A stretch of DNA of 64,000 nt from assembly GCA_963693365.1 (NCBI GenBank), contig CAVNZM010000005.1:3471716-3535715 (forward strand). The letters are read 5' to 3'. Positions 14,615-28,864 of this stretch are shown piece after piece (the stretch's first letter is position 1; each line of letters starts with the position of its first letter). Source of the DNA: Amoebidium appalachense (lineage: Eukaryota; Protista; Ichthyosporea). The notes beneath the pieces were generated by a model. It had not been told where the DNA came from, did not search any database, and saw nothing but the letters and a program-made list of their open reading frames with translations. Position numbers and translations under genes: made by a program.

Positions 14615-15063
14615 GGTGTGTGTGCGTGTGTGTGTGTGTTCTGAGGGTGGGGCTAAGGAGGGGGGGGGGGGGGGAAGGGATTGGGACTTTTAATCACAAA
14701 ACGATCATCGCATAATGATGAGTGTGGCATATGTGAAGTCTGTTGGATCACGGCATAGTATAGGATGTGTTGGTGAGTTCATTTGCTGCAGCAACAGAAA
14801 ATGTAGGCGTGGACTCGGGGGGAGGGGGAGGGGGGGGGGGGGGGGAGGGGGGGGCAAGGTGGGTATGCCGCTAGGGCCCGTTGTTGTGGGCTTGTGATGT
14901 TAGCAGGATACTATCACGAAGTGTCTGTGTATGCTTGACCTGTGTAGCATGTGTCCACTCTAATATACGACGTGTGCGCGCAGGAGCCTGATTGGGTCAT
15001 CACTCCCAATGGCAACCGAGTGCGAGTGAATACTTGTGTATGTGTGCGTGCACATGCGTGTGT

Positions 15064-15123
<60 letters not shown>

Positions 15124-15277
15124 GTTGACCTGAATTCAGATCGTTTTCCGTGATTGGCTGATTGCCCACGTGGAAGGGAGTAAAGGGCTAGGTGTGTGCT
15201 GAGGTTTATGATGCTGGTGGGTGCGGTGAGAAGGTGAGAGTGGGATGGGGTGGGTATGTGTGTGTGTATGTGTGCTC

Positions 15278-15336
<59 letters not shown>

Positions 15337-15755
15337 GGGAGGGGTAAAACGTAGTTTGCACAATGAGGCTTTCTCCCCATTTTATATACACACTGGTATT
15401 GGAGAGTTTATACAGATGGCCAAGGAAGCACCAGAGCCTTGCTAAGCCGTGCGGCCCTTCAATTGGTCTGTGAACCAGCACGATCACGGTCATCAATCAA
15501 AATCTACACTATATATACACTTTCACAGTGCCGGGAAAAGCACCTAAAACGGCACGGGGAATGGGGCTAACCGTTGAACTTCCCTGAACCGGTATGAGCA
15601 GTTGTGGTACAAGATATTTGCTTGGATTTGCAAAAGGCGGGTATATACACGTGCCCAGACCTAGTCAGTGAAACTGCCACGTCAAGTATACACTCAGTCA
15701 CGGGGCATCCAACCAATCAAATTTGAGCAACGACATGACAGCCAATCACAACTAA

Positions 15756-17195
15756 CTAGGCCCCGCAGGGCAGGCGGTGGTCGGTGATGCCCATAAAGTC
15801 TGCCCATTTCTTGGAGAGAGTGGGCACTGGCCCCAACTCATTGCACTCGTCTTCCGCTGCCTTCTGCAGAGCCTTGATGTCGTCCCCGGCAGAACTTTCC
15901 AGAGCATCGATGAAGTGAGCAATGGCACTGTCTGCCACGTGAGCACGCATTATTGTCTCCTCGGTGATTGGCTTCTTGGGCGACTTGAATTTCTGGATGA
16001 GGTCGATGGGCACGGCCACCTTTTCTTTTCCGGATGGAGTGGTAATGGCCGTGGAAACTTGCCCAGCTTCCATGTCTACAGCAATCGCAGAATCAGCTGA
16101 CATCTGCGCAGCGCCTTCTATGATTGGCTCCTGCATAGCAACGGCTGATCTAGCGCTAGATATAGGCACCCAGGGAATGGTGTAGGGGCATGCAGCCATT
16201 GTCTGGGCATATGTTGTACGGTCAAGGGCGTCCGAGGCATAGGTGTAGCCGAGGGCAGCAATGTTGTTGACACTGCGGGGGGTCAGAGTGGTGGGGAAGG
16301 TGGGCATGGGGTCGTCAAAGCCGTGCCGCATGCTCACACTGTTGGTTGTGTACACGTCACTGGTGATGGGCCCGTTGGTCACACGGTCGTGGCCGTGGCA
16401 GGCCTGTGAGGAGGGGGGGAGGGGTGTGTGCGTGTGTGTTTGTGTAGGGGGGGGGGGGAGGGGGGGGAGGGGGAGGGGGGTAGGGGGAGGGGGGAGGGGG
16501 GGGGGGGGAGGAGTTAGTATGCTGACCTTATCCGCACAGGATCATACAGTTCGGTGCATGCTTGAGTTCCTGTTAGCATATCACTCTTAGCTCTGTCAAG
16601 ACTGCACTTTATAGTTAGATTGCTGCAGTCTGGTACGGCACCGACGAATTCGTGTGTGCATGTGCTGTACAAGTGTATCACATTTTTTCCTGTGTTTTAC
16701 AAGTGTATCACATTTTTTCCGGCATGCATTTTGAACACCCACCTGCCAAGTTGCTGCCATCTTGTCGACAAATGCATGGTGCAGGAAGAAGATTGGATCC
16801 CACGGCGACCATCTGATGTCGTTCATGGTGCCGCTGCGCCCCCCAGTGTTGACGTGGATCTGGCCGTGCCAGTTCTTGTTCCAGTCAATGTAGTCGCCAA
16901 ACGCAGCTGTGCGCACAGTGAAATCCGCAAACTCGGCAGGCCCAAGTGTCCGCCAACCAACACCGAATGGACGAGTAACACAGCGGTTGCCGTTGTAGCG
17001 GTAGCGGCCAATGAAATTGTCCATAAAGCACTGAGAACCTGGGGTGAACAAACGGGTAAATGGTGGGTGAAAAACCGATTTGAAGTATTCACGTGTACCC
17101 ATCATTAATGAGATGAATGTTCATATCATGTGACATATGCTTATCTAGCAAGATATGGTATCCCCCCCCCCCCCCCCTCTCTCTCTTTCTCTCTA

Positions 17196-17233
<38 letters not shown>

Positions 17234-18363
17234 ACAGTTGCCAGGGGGAGAGGGGGGCTGGGGGAGGAGGCTGCCTGAAGGCCGCCGCCAAGGAACATGT
17301 GGTGATACATATGTGCTCCTAATTTCCTTTTTAAGTTGCTTTGGGGCTCAGATATGGCATGGGAGATGTGGCAACTGTTACACAGGGGGGGGGGGAGGGG
17401 GGGAGGTAACGTGCTTATGCCGTTCCAGTCATTGACAACGCTGATGTTTGGATTTACGTTGGTGTTTGGTTTGACGTCCTGTGTCCAGTCCCAGTACGGA
17501 ATGGTGATGCATGAAAACGTGCCCCCCAGTGCGCGCAGTTGGTTCTCGTACAGAACGAGCATGTGGCGGTGCCAGTGGATGAAGGCGTTGCTTGCATGTG
17601 CATATGTGTTGGTGGCATCTGTGGTGTGGTACTGCATGACCTGGGTGAACGTGTTGGTGGTGACGAGTGCACGCACAGCGTTGATGTAGTTTTGCTGCTG
17701 TTCAGGTGTGAGCTCGCGCCATTCTTTGCGCACACGGCGGCCGGAAGAATCCGTAAGACCGTTGCATAGGCCAGGTGGGATGGATGTGCTAGTTGCAGTG
17801 GTGGTGGTGGTTGTTGGGCGATTGTTGGTGGTGGTGGTGGTAGGAGGTCTGGCGGTGGTGGTAGGAGGGCGGGTGGTGGTGGTAGGAGGGCGGGTAGTGG
17901 TTGTAAGGGAGCGGGTGGTGGTGGTAGGGGGGCGGGTGGTGGTGGTAGGGGGGCGGGTGGTGGTGGTAGGGGGGCGGGTGGTGGTGATGACTCGAGAAAC
18001 GGTGGTGGTAGGCCTAATAGTAGAAGGTGCCCTTGTAGTTGTGGCCGTCGGTCTGACGGTAGTTGTGCGTCCAGGTGTGGTTGTGGTTATCCGGGGAGGA
18101 CAATTTCTCCATGAACCCCACCATGTGCGGCACTGACAGTTGAAGCCAGGGTTGCGGTCCACACACCGTGCACCAGGAGTACATACGGGGTCAGGGAGGT
18201 TGCATTCATTGAGGTTGACGCAACTGTTCAGGGACGAATTCCACTGCATCCCCGCTGGGCAGTCATTTTGGGCGTGCACCGAAGAAATGAGGAGTGCTGC
18301 TATCAACACGTAGAGAGAGAAGCCGGTACAGGCCGCCGTCACCCTCGAGCTCCCGAGTGCCAT
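15756..18363 (-). CDS. Secreted tyrosinase (type-3 copper) with signal peptide, EGF-like domain and Thr/Pro-rich linker, paralogue 1 (~630 aa)
   Basis: Exons 18363-17415, 17038-16743 and 16403-15756 join in frame. Hydrophobic N-terminus; EGF-like CVNLNECNLPDPVCTPGARCVDRNPGFNCQC; CuA H..AH....FIHWHR; PYWDW; CuB WHGQIH..SPWDPIFFLHHAFVD. Confidence 0.92.
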
Positions 18364-18593
18364 TTTCCCTTGATTCCAGGAAGGGAGCTAGACTGAAGCT
18401 CTGAAGTGTACTGCCTTTGTCCCTGCATTGTCGATAGGCTTATACTCTTCATTGTCCACGTGTTTTGAGTCCATGACATCATGGGCGGATGCAAGTGGAC
18501 ATGTGCAGCAGCGCGAAAAGTACGTGACCGAAATTCACGCGTGTGCCGTGTGGCAAGCGCATGCCAGTTCACAAACAAGTGCAAGAACGACTG

Positions 18594-18693
18594 AAATTAG
18601 GTTTCACAAGGTGGGGGAAGCGCTTTCTGTGCCGTAGATCCATAAATTAGGTTTCACAAGGTGGGGGAAGCGCTTTCTGTACCGTAGATTCAT
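18594..18693. repeat. 50-bp tandem duplication upstream of tyrosinase 1
   Basis: AAATTAGGTTTCACAAGGTGGGGGAAGCGCTTTCTGT(G/A)CCGTAGAT(C/T)CAT occurs twice. Confidence 0.9.
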
Positions 18694-19519
18694 TTAGAAC
18701 TGTCGAATGCCCAGCCTGAGGCACTTGTGTAAATGCCGGTGGGGACGTCCACATCCATGTCAGGCATGCAGGCACGTCTAGACATGTTGCCTAACTTATT
18801 ATGCGCGACCTCTTAGCCGGATCAGCATGCAGTTTAGCCTGAACCTAGCTAGCAAAGGAATATTACTAGTAACGGATTTCGACTGGGAGTATTACCTGTA
18901 ATAGGCGGAGAGGGTTTTTGGTCCTCAACAAACTTTGCCTAGGCACAACCGTTGGTTGACATACGCAATGACAAACAGAGGCTTGCTCAGATGGAGATCT
19001 ATTCAAATCTATTCTGTCTCCTGATTGGATGCTGCCACAGAACTGATTCAACTGATTTTATCACATTATACAGGGGGTAGGAGCAGTTTCGACATAGATA
19101 TAGGTAACTGTAAAAATATACAATTTAAAGTATTGTTGCCACATATCCCTTATTAGACGTTCGGGTCGTGTTACGTGTATAGGAGTCATATGGATATACC
19201 AAATCGCAGATAACATGTCGCCTCTTCACTGTCAATGCATTATCCAATCGCATTGCGCGAATAGTTCTTCAAATAGATCTGCCTTATCAGCGGATTGTTG
19301 GGACTTGGGCGTCATGGACACTGATAGCGCAGCCTAATTTAGAATGAACCAAAAACCAAAAATAGGTCTTGAAGAAGGCCGTGCCAACGCTTTCACCTAT
19401 TGCACTTAAAAAAGTTCATGTACATACACGTGGGTATATACCCATTCGCGGCCATACATACTAGAAGATCGTGCAACATGTGCAACATGCGATGCAAATT
19501 TAAGCCGAGGCAAATCGCA

Positions 19520-19583
<64 letters not shown>

Positions 19584-20007
19584 AGTTTGTATCACCTATC
19601 TATCACCGATGCAAATAGTGACTAATGTTTCACGCAGGCATTATGATCACAGTATCACAACATGAGTCTGATCATGACAGAACAACAGAAATTTGTGTGT
19701 GTCGTATAGATAGTTGCGCACGTTTCTTTATTGATAGCTGAGACAGCACCTGCCAAATATGCATGTACACCGGCACCCCAACATATGTCGAGTCCCACAA
19801 TCATAAAGTTGGTCGCTGTGTCGACAACTGCAATCCTGTCGTTGATCAAAGTTATGATCACGTGTAATCGACAACACACACCGTAGGCCGTCGGGGAAGA
19901 AATGTGCGAGCCCTGAGTTTAGGCCTTTTTTATTGTCGTTGAAGCCACTAATATCATCAAAACAAGCGCCACGTGTACGTTCAAGCTCTTCAAAGCCCTC
20001 AATTGCT

Positions 20008-20056
<49 letters not shown>

Positions 20057-20064
20057 ACAAAAGT

Positions 20065-20097
<33 letters not shown>

Positions 20098-20102
20098 CGC
20101 AC

Positions 20103-20151
<49 letters not shown>

Positions 20152-20374
20152 GGGCGCACACGCGTGCACAAAGTTATCACCGCTAGACACACACTCACAG
20201 ACACCCTCCCCTGCCACCCTTTCCTCCCCCCCCCCCCCCCCTCCTCCTCCTCTCCCCCCTTTCCCCCCCTCCCCCCCTCTCTCCCCCTCCTCCCCCCTCC
20301 CTTCCCCGGGCAGGGACGATATTCCCGGCTAAAACAGTTCAGTCCAATTACAATTGTAATTACATAGTTACAGC

Positions 20375-20406
<32 letters not shown>

Positions 20407-21870
20407 CTCTCTCGGGCGAGCTCCCTCCCCTCCCCCCGCCCCCTCCCTCTTTCGCTCCCCCCTCCCCCTCCCTTCTCTCTCCCGCCCTCTCTCTATCGCT
20501 CCCACCATCTGTCTCTCTCCACCCCCCCCCCCCCCCTCTCCCTCTGCCCCCCACCCCCTCCCCCCCACATCACTTCTAACCTCTCCCTCTCTTTCTACTG
20601 CCCTCCTAGCCTCCCCACCATCCCACAGCTATCACCCCCTTGCTCTCTGCATTACCTGCCCTAACATTGCACCTTCTTTCTGGCAGAATAAATCTCGTTG
20701 AATGATTGTAATTATTTCAAGCTGCTCCCATCAGCTGAATGTTTCGAGTTCTGCTCAAAGCAGAAGATTCTGAATGAGAATTCTGAAGGCAGAGTTATTC
20801 TGCCCTTGAGGACATGGATTCTGTATTTTTGCAACACAAAAATGCTCGCAGCAAGCTTTGTCTTCTGCTGATATTCTTCAAAAGCAGAATCGTCGGGCAA
20901 CTCAGCAGAACTATGGCTCTACAGTAAAACCATTTTGTTCCAATCAAAACAACGATTCTGCTGACGTGGTTAATGCCCCCCCCCCCCCTCCCCCCCCCCC
21001 CCCCCCCCCCCCAAAAAAAATCCACCCACGAAATTTCCCGCCTCAATTCTATAAAGGGAGATGACGTGGGAGTTTGTGGTAGTGATGGTGATGGCCGTGA
21101 TGGGTGTGTGTGGGTGTCTGTTTGGGGGGGGGGGGGGGGGGGGGGGGGGGGAGAGGCAAGGGGTGCGTAGGGGGCGGGGGGGAGGGGGGGGGGGGGGGGG
21201 AGAGGGGGGGAGGGGAATGCTAAGAGAGCAGAGAGAGGGTGCCCTAGGGAAAAAATCATGGGCCAAATAGCGAACTTCGTCCCGCCATGTCCCCACCCCT
21301 GCCCTCTCCGCACTCTCCCTCACCCGCCCACCTGCCCAACCCGTGCGCTTGCATGCGTGCATTGTTTGGTTTCTCGAGAGGAAGTCGAATACAGTAACTA
21401 CCGTATGGTATAAGTTTACTCTCCTTAATTTTACGTCGCACACAATAGTTCAATGGGATTGTTGAGTTTGAAAGTGTGTGTGTGCCCCGGGGGGGCAGTA
21501 GCAAAGATCAAATATTCGCCGGGATTGTTACACCCCCCTCTATTCCCTGCCCCCCACATAGCCATAGAGCCAGTTTGTTAGGGTGGGACCCGGTCCTCCC
21601 CCTTCCCCTCCCCCCCCCCCCCCCCCCCCTCCCCCCACCACCACCACCACCACCACCACCCCTCTCTTCCCAGCGCCCCCCTCCAGATCCCCCCTTGTGG
21701 CTCCTTCCTTGAAGCACCTTCCCTCCCTACCCTCCAACCATCAACTTCGAAATTTCTTTCCAGCTTACACACAACGAGTGCATTTTTGTGTAGAGCAACA
21801 CTTTCGTGCTCATTGTGCGTGGATGCCAGCTTGTGTGTTGCCTATGACACACTAATAACCCTTGTGTGTA

Positions 21871-21924
<54 letters not shown>

Positions 21925-21984
21925 CGCACGTGTGTGTGTGTGTGTCTTTCTGTGTGTATGTGTGTCAGTGTGTGTGTGTGCGTG

Positions 21985-22054
<70 letters not shown>

Positions 22055-22118
22055 CGCACGCGTGTGTGTGTGTGTGTCTTTCTGTGTGTATGTGTGTCAG
22101 TGTGTGTGTGTGTGTGTG

Positions 22119-22208
<90 letters not shown>

Positions 22209-22426
22209 CGCGTGTGTGTGTGTGTGTGTTATTTTAATTTTATCACGGCTTGTTCCCGAAAGGCCCTTGCAGGCCCTCGAGGGAACTGCCATCTACCACA
22301 CAGCACCGACAGTACACTAGTTCAGGTGCTATCTATGTGCTCAGCTAAGCTAAACCGTCCTTCACACACCTAACTATTGGTGCTCAATTTGCCCAGGGTT
22401 ACTATCCCAGCCACGCCGGCAGGAGT

Positions 22427-22654
<228 letters not shown>

Positions 22655-23209
22655 CAGTGCGCTGAACCCGGCTGGACTCTATTACTAACAGCTGGAGAGA
22701 GGTTTGGATGGAATGAGGGTGGGTGGGTGGGCGGGTGGGTGGGTGGAGTGGGCGGCCGGGTTGGTTGGGTGGGTGGGTGGGGGGGTGGGGGGGGGGGGGG
22801 AAGGGAGGTTGGGAGGAAGGGAGGAAGGGAAGGAGGGAGACATGGAGGGACAGAGAGGGGGGGGAGGGGGGGGGGGGGGGCTGCTAGCAGGAGAGAGAGG
22901 GAGGGAGGGAGGGAGGGCCGAGAGAGAGAGAGAGAGAGAGAGAGAGTTTAGAGAGAGAGGGGGGGGGGGGGCGGCGGGGAGGGGAGGGGGGGGGGGGGGG
23001 GGGGGGGGGAGGGAGAGAGAGAGAAAGAGGGGGGGGGAGAGAGAGAGGAAGAGAGAGGGATGGATCATCGTATAAAATCAACCCCGCGCCTGTGTCAAGA
23101 TTTGCTAAATTGCAGCTGTTGGGTAGTGTGCAGTATACTAAAGCCCATACATTCATCAATAGTCAATAGTCATTTCTGATAGATGGAGAGGAGGGGGGGC
23201 TGGGGTGGG

Positions 23210-23242
<33 letters not shown>

Positions 23243-23521
23243 GCGGGAGGCGCGGGGGAGCGAGGGGAGGGGGAGAGGTGGGGGGTGGGGGGGGTGGGGT
23301 GGGGGGGGCGGGGACCCACAACGCGCGGACCAACAGCAACTCAGTACGTCATTGAAGTGCGAATTCAGAGCGGTTCCCCGCCCCCCTCCCCCCCAAAACT
23401 ACTGACAACTACTGTACTCAGCTCCACCCTTAAAACCATGTGGTCAGAGTCTTATGATATTATGTGCACTATGTGCACGTCCAAACACACACGCACACAA
23501 ACACACACACGCACACACACG

Positions 23522-23553
<32 letters not shown>

Positions 23554-23589
23554 CGCACACACGCACACACGCACACACGCACACACTGT

Positions 23590-23675
<86 letters not shown>

Positions 23676-24682
23676 CATTATCTCCTCTTGCTTGTCACAC
23701 CCGGACCGTGTCACGTCACGTGTTTCGCACAAGATGAGAAGATGGCGAAGACAAGATAACGGAACATGTGCGAGGTAAATCTATTCAAACCTTCGCACAA
23801 TACGATTGGATCAAATTCAAGATGTTGATTGGCTCAGGCGTTACCTGCTTCTCAACCAATCACAATCCCCAATACGTTTCCAATAGATCTATGCAGATCT
23901 ATGGGTCGAGTAGTTTGGTGTGACCCAGGGACTTCGTGCTATAGAACAGTAAATACAAAAAATAGGAAAATACTACAGTAAAAATAATGATCATATCGTT
24001 GAACTTTTCTCCAGCGCGAACCAATTTATGGATGAATGTTATACAAGCCGCGCTAGCAATAGTCTACACTAGCATGCAAGGCAGCGATGCCATGGCTGCA
24101 GGCGCCGCCATTAACTGTACCTCAGGCAGCCAGGGGCTCGGTGCACGCTTTCTGTGTGTGTCCCCACACATGGAAATGTCGTTTTGTTTTGAAGTAATGC
24201 ATGTGTCACATGTGTGTGTAGATGTTCATCGGTGTCATGTCGACCATCCGCAGACAAAGCTGTCAAATCGGAATTGATGGGCTATTAGATTGTGACAGGC
24301 GTAACATGGGCATCTGTTGTATTGTATCGCAGTTTGAGCTTGCCTATTTGCAATTGCTAGCTAAAGTGTAGGATTTCACCAGATTATGAAGTATTTACCA
24401 TTTATGGCATCTGCGTGTTCTCCGTCAGGCCGGCACACATGTGCACGTGATTTTTCCGTCACCCGTCAGCTATAAAACGGCTAGTTGTAAGTTATAACCC
24501 AACAGTGAAAAGGGGCACGTCAGGGGAAGGCGCTGCCGAGGTTGTAGTTTGAAGAATAGGTCGGGTGCCGTTGGTGCTATATAGAAGAAGTTCTTTTATC
24601 CACACGATTAGACCGGGATAAATATTCCTACCACAGCTTGCGTCTTCAGTCAGTGACGGCGGGCAATATATCGGCGGGCAAT

Positions 24683-26354
24683 ATGGCTTCACCGATGTGT
24701 CCGCCGAGGTTAGCATTTTTACAGCTACACTACTGGTGCCTTCTTCTTGTGTACATATGCGCACTCGTTTTGCCTGCGGCAGAGGCCTACTCGTATGGGA
24801 AACCTAACCCCACATGCAAACCTGGGCTGCGATGGAGTGCGTCACGTCGAAAATGTGTAAACATCAATGAGTGCAATCTTCCTACTCCTGTCTGCCCCCG
24901 CGGGGCTAAGTGTGTAGACAAAACCTTGGATTCTACTGCCTGTGCAAGAAATCATACTATGGAAAGACACAGTGGAAGAAATGTGCGCCTAATCCTGCGC
25001 CTACCACCACCCGCACTACGACCACTACAAGGAAACCTACTACCACCACTACCAGAAAGCCCACCACCACCAACAAGCCACCAACAAGTACTTCTCGCTA
25101 CCCAACAACGACCACTGCTACACCGTACAAAACAACTACAACGATTAGGTGTACCACCAAAACCTCACGTCCTGTGACCACGACAGCAAAACCAACACCA
25201 ACGACTTCTACGGCGCAAACAAAGACAACAACAACTAAGCCAGTAACCACCACATCATATATGACAACAACGAAGACTTCCACTAAGCCCACCACCACTA
25301 CTAAACCCACCACCACCACCACCAAGTCAACCATCACCACCACTAGACCCACCACCACCACCAAGACAACCACAACCATAACATCTAAACCTACCACCAC
25401 CACCACTACAAAACCAACCACCACCACCACGACCACCACCACCAAACCTACCATCACCACCACCACCAAACCCACCATTACCACCACCTCAAAGACAACC
25501 ACCACTACCACCAAGCCCACCACCACCACTAAGCCCCCCACCACCACAACCACCACTACTAAGCCCCCCACCACCACCACCAAGCCCACCACCACCACAA
25601 CAACAACTAAACCTATCACCACCACCACCACTAAACCAACCACCACCACCACCACTAAACCAACCACCACCACCACCACCAAACTCACCACCACCACCAC
25701 CACCACCACCAAACCAACCAGCACCACCACCGCCACCACCACCACCACCAAAATGACCACCACCACTACCACCACTAAGCCCACCACTACCACTACCAGG
25801 ACAACCACAACAACAACTACACCCACCACCACCACAAGGCCTCCTACCACCACCACCACCACCACCACAAGACCTTCTACCACCACCACCACTGGGCCAA
25901 CAACAACCACCACAACGACAACCAGACCAACACCAACCACCACACCAATCCCATCTGGCCTATGCAACGGTCTTACGGATTCTTCCGGCCGTCGTGTGCG
26001 CAAGGAATGGCGCGAGCTCACACCCGAACAGCAGCAAAACTACATCAACGCTGTGCGGACTCTCGTCACGACCAACACATTCACCCAGGTCATGCAGTAC
26101 CACACCACAGATGCCACCAATGTCTACGCACACGAAAGCAATGCTTTCATCCACTGGCACCGCCACATGCTAATTCTGTACGAGAACCAACTGCGCGCAC
26201 TGGGGAGCACGTTTTCATGCATCACCATTCCGTACTGGGACTGGACACAGGACGTCAAACCAAACACCAAAGTAAATCCAAACATCAGCGTTGTCAATGA
26301 CTGGAACGGCATAAGTACGCACCTTACCCCCCCCCCCCTCCCCCCCCTCCCCCC

Positions 26355-26406
<52 letters not shown>

Positions 26407-28213
26407 TCTCCCTTCCCCTCGTCTTCCCGGCCTGCACCCGGGGTACCATCCCCTAGCACATTCTCTATTGCTGCAACAGTGAAATAGGGGTGTGGCTTGG
26501 GTTGCAAAGGAGTATCAAAATCGGCAGTCTGCACAAGATTACAGGCTGGGTTCAGAAAAGAGTGGGCTGAGTCCGCCCAGTTTCTAGGAATTATCTGGGC
26601 GTGCGGAAGCCTGAACGGTAAGATGCGTGGCAAGTCACTGCTCCTACCAAATCTAGAACTACAAATATCCTCTCTAGCCTCGGCCTTCTTTCTATCCCCC
26701 CCCCCAAACCACCACCACCACCAGTAAAACCAGCACCCACCCTGTGGCACCCCCATAGGCGCTCACTCCATCTTTGCAGGCTCCCGATGCTTCCTTGACG
26801 ATTTCATTGGCCGCTACCGCTACGACGGCAACAATTGCGTGACCCGTCCTTTTGGTGTTGGTTGGCGGACACTTGGCCCAGCCGAGTTTGCGGATTTCAC
26901 TGTGCGCACAGCTGCGTTTGGCGACTACATTGACTGGAACAAGAACTGGCACGGCCAGATCCACGTCAACACTGGGGGGCGCAGCGGCACCATGAACGAC
27001 ATCCGATGGTCGCCGTGGGATCCAATCTTCTTCCTGCACCATGCATTTGTCGACAAGATGGCAGCAACTTGGCAGGTGGGTCTAACATTGAGTAGTAAAG
27101 TTTCAGCGCCATAAGTGGGCACATTAAGTTGGCACTTGGAGTGAATATTCTGTATCTGGGCCGGTGGCATTTCTAGTTGTGTGTGTACATAATTCACTAG
27201 TAGAATAATTCCGGGAAAGCGGATTTAGGTTTGTGTATTGCTGGAATCATATTGTATAATCGGCAGTGTGCATGGGTGAATGAAGTTGGGGGTGGGGGAA
27301 CAAGGAAGGAAGGCAAAGGGAGGGGAGGGGGAGGGGGAGGGGGGGGGGAGGGGGGGGGGGGGGGACAAGTCCCGTTTACCTGTGACCGCAACAACGTAAA
27401 GCAAATACGTGCACATATCTGTGGTTTACCTCTGCCTACTGTCCGGGATACTTTGCCTTGTCATATAGTTTCTTTGTAATACTATGTGGAGTCCTCTCCC
27501 CCCCCCCCCCCCCCCCCCTTCCCCCCTTCCCTTCGAACTTTCCTCCCCTCCACCTCTCACTCCCTCCACTCCCACCAAATTTACTCTCATTTACTCAGCA
27601 TAATAATCAGACTACCACTATCAGCACCGGGCCACTACTCCCCCCCCCCCCCCCCCCCCCCCCCACCGTTTTCCCCAAGCCCCCCTCCACCCCCTCCTTA
27701 TCCCCACTCTCCTCCCTTCCACCCCCTTCCCCCCTCCCCTCTACACAAACACACCCCTCTCTTCCCCCCTCGCAACATTGAACCTCCTGCCGGTTATTTG
27801 AGAGAAAACGTCGAGCATCCTATACCCAGTTGTGCCCATTGTTAGCCCATCCCCCCCCCCCCCCCCCCCCCCCCCATCCCCCCCCCCCCCCGGGCGGATC
27901 ATATTGAGCAACCCGCAGTGGCTCTTGCACCCATCTATCCCTTGCTATCCATCCGGATTGAACCAGTGTGCCCCTCACATCCCCCTTCCCTCGCGTCCTC
28001 ACATCCCCTTACCTACCCCAAATTGCCCTCCTACCCTTTCCCACTTCGAATTCCCCACCTTCCTATTTCATTACTAAGTGACTCCCCTCCCTCCCTTCTC
28101 CCCCCCCCCCCCACCACCACCACACACACACACACAACTTTGCACATGCGTACATGCACATGCACACACGCGCACGAGCGCGCGCACACACACACATACA
28201 CACACACATCATA

Positions 28214-28253
<40 letters not shown>

Positions 28254-28864
28254 CCTGCCACGGGCACGACCGTGTGACCAACGGGCCCATCACCAGTGAC
28301 GTGTACACAACCAACAGTGTGAGCATGAGGCACGGTTTTGACAACCCCATGCCCACCTTCCCCACCACTCTAACCCCCCGCAGTGTCAACAATATTGCTG
28401 CCCTCGGCTACACCTATGCATCAGACGCCTTTGACCGCGAAACATACTCCAAGACTATGACTGCATGCCCCTTCAATGTTCCCTGGGTGCCTCGCGCTAG
28501 CTCCAGATCATCCGTCGCTCTATTGGGAACTGTAGACGGTGGTGCAGATGGTTCCAGAAATGTTACCACCACGATCGACACACCATCCGGGAAGGAAGAG
28601 TTGTCTGTGCCAATAGAATACGTCCAGAAGTTCAAGTCGCCCAAGAAGCCAATCACCGAGGAGACAATCATGCGTGCTCACGTGGCCGACAGTGCCATTG
28701 CTCACTTCATTGATGCTCTGGAAAGTTCCGCCGGCGACGAAATTAAGGCTCTAGAGAAGGCGGCGGAAGACGAGTGCAGAGAGATGGGGCCAGCGCCCAC
28801 TCTCTCCAAGAAATGGGCAGACTTTATGGGAATCAAGGGCGACGTATCACCCTGTCATGGTTGA
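24683..28864 (+). CDS. Secreted EGF + Thr-mucin + tyrosinase, paralogue 2; 1-nt frameshift near 24920 (assembly error or pseudogene)
   Basis: Exons 24683-26314, 26780-27075 and 28253-28864 have the same intron positions and phases as paralogue 1, and the CuA/CuB histidines are intact. The EGF domain is split between ORFs 24638..25177 and 24910..26487 at an A4 run; one more A gives CVDKNLGFYCLC. Confidence 0.88.

Noticed and set aside
26311-26316. AT-AC intron donor (ATAAGT) in the tyrosinases
   Set aside because: The acceptor is AG in phase 1, and A|GTACGC explains the junction.
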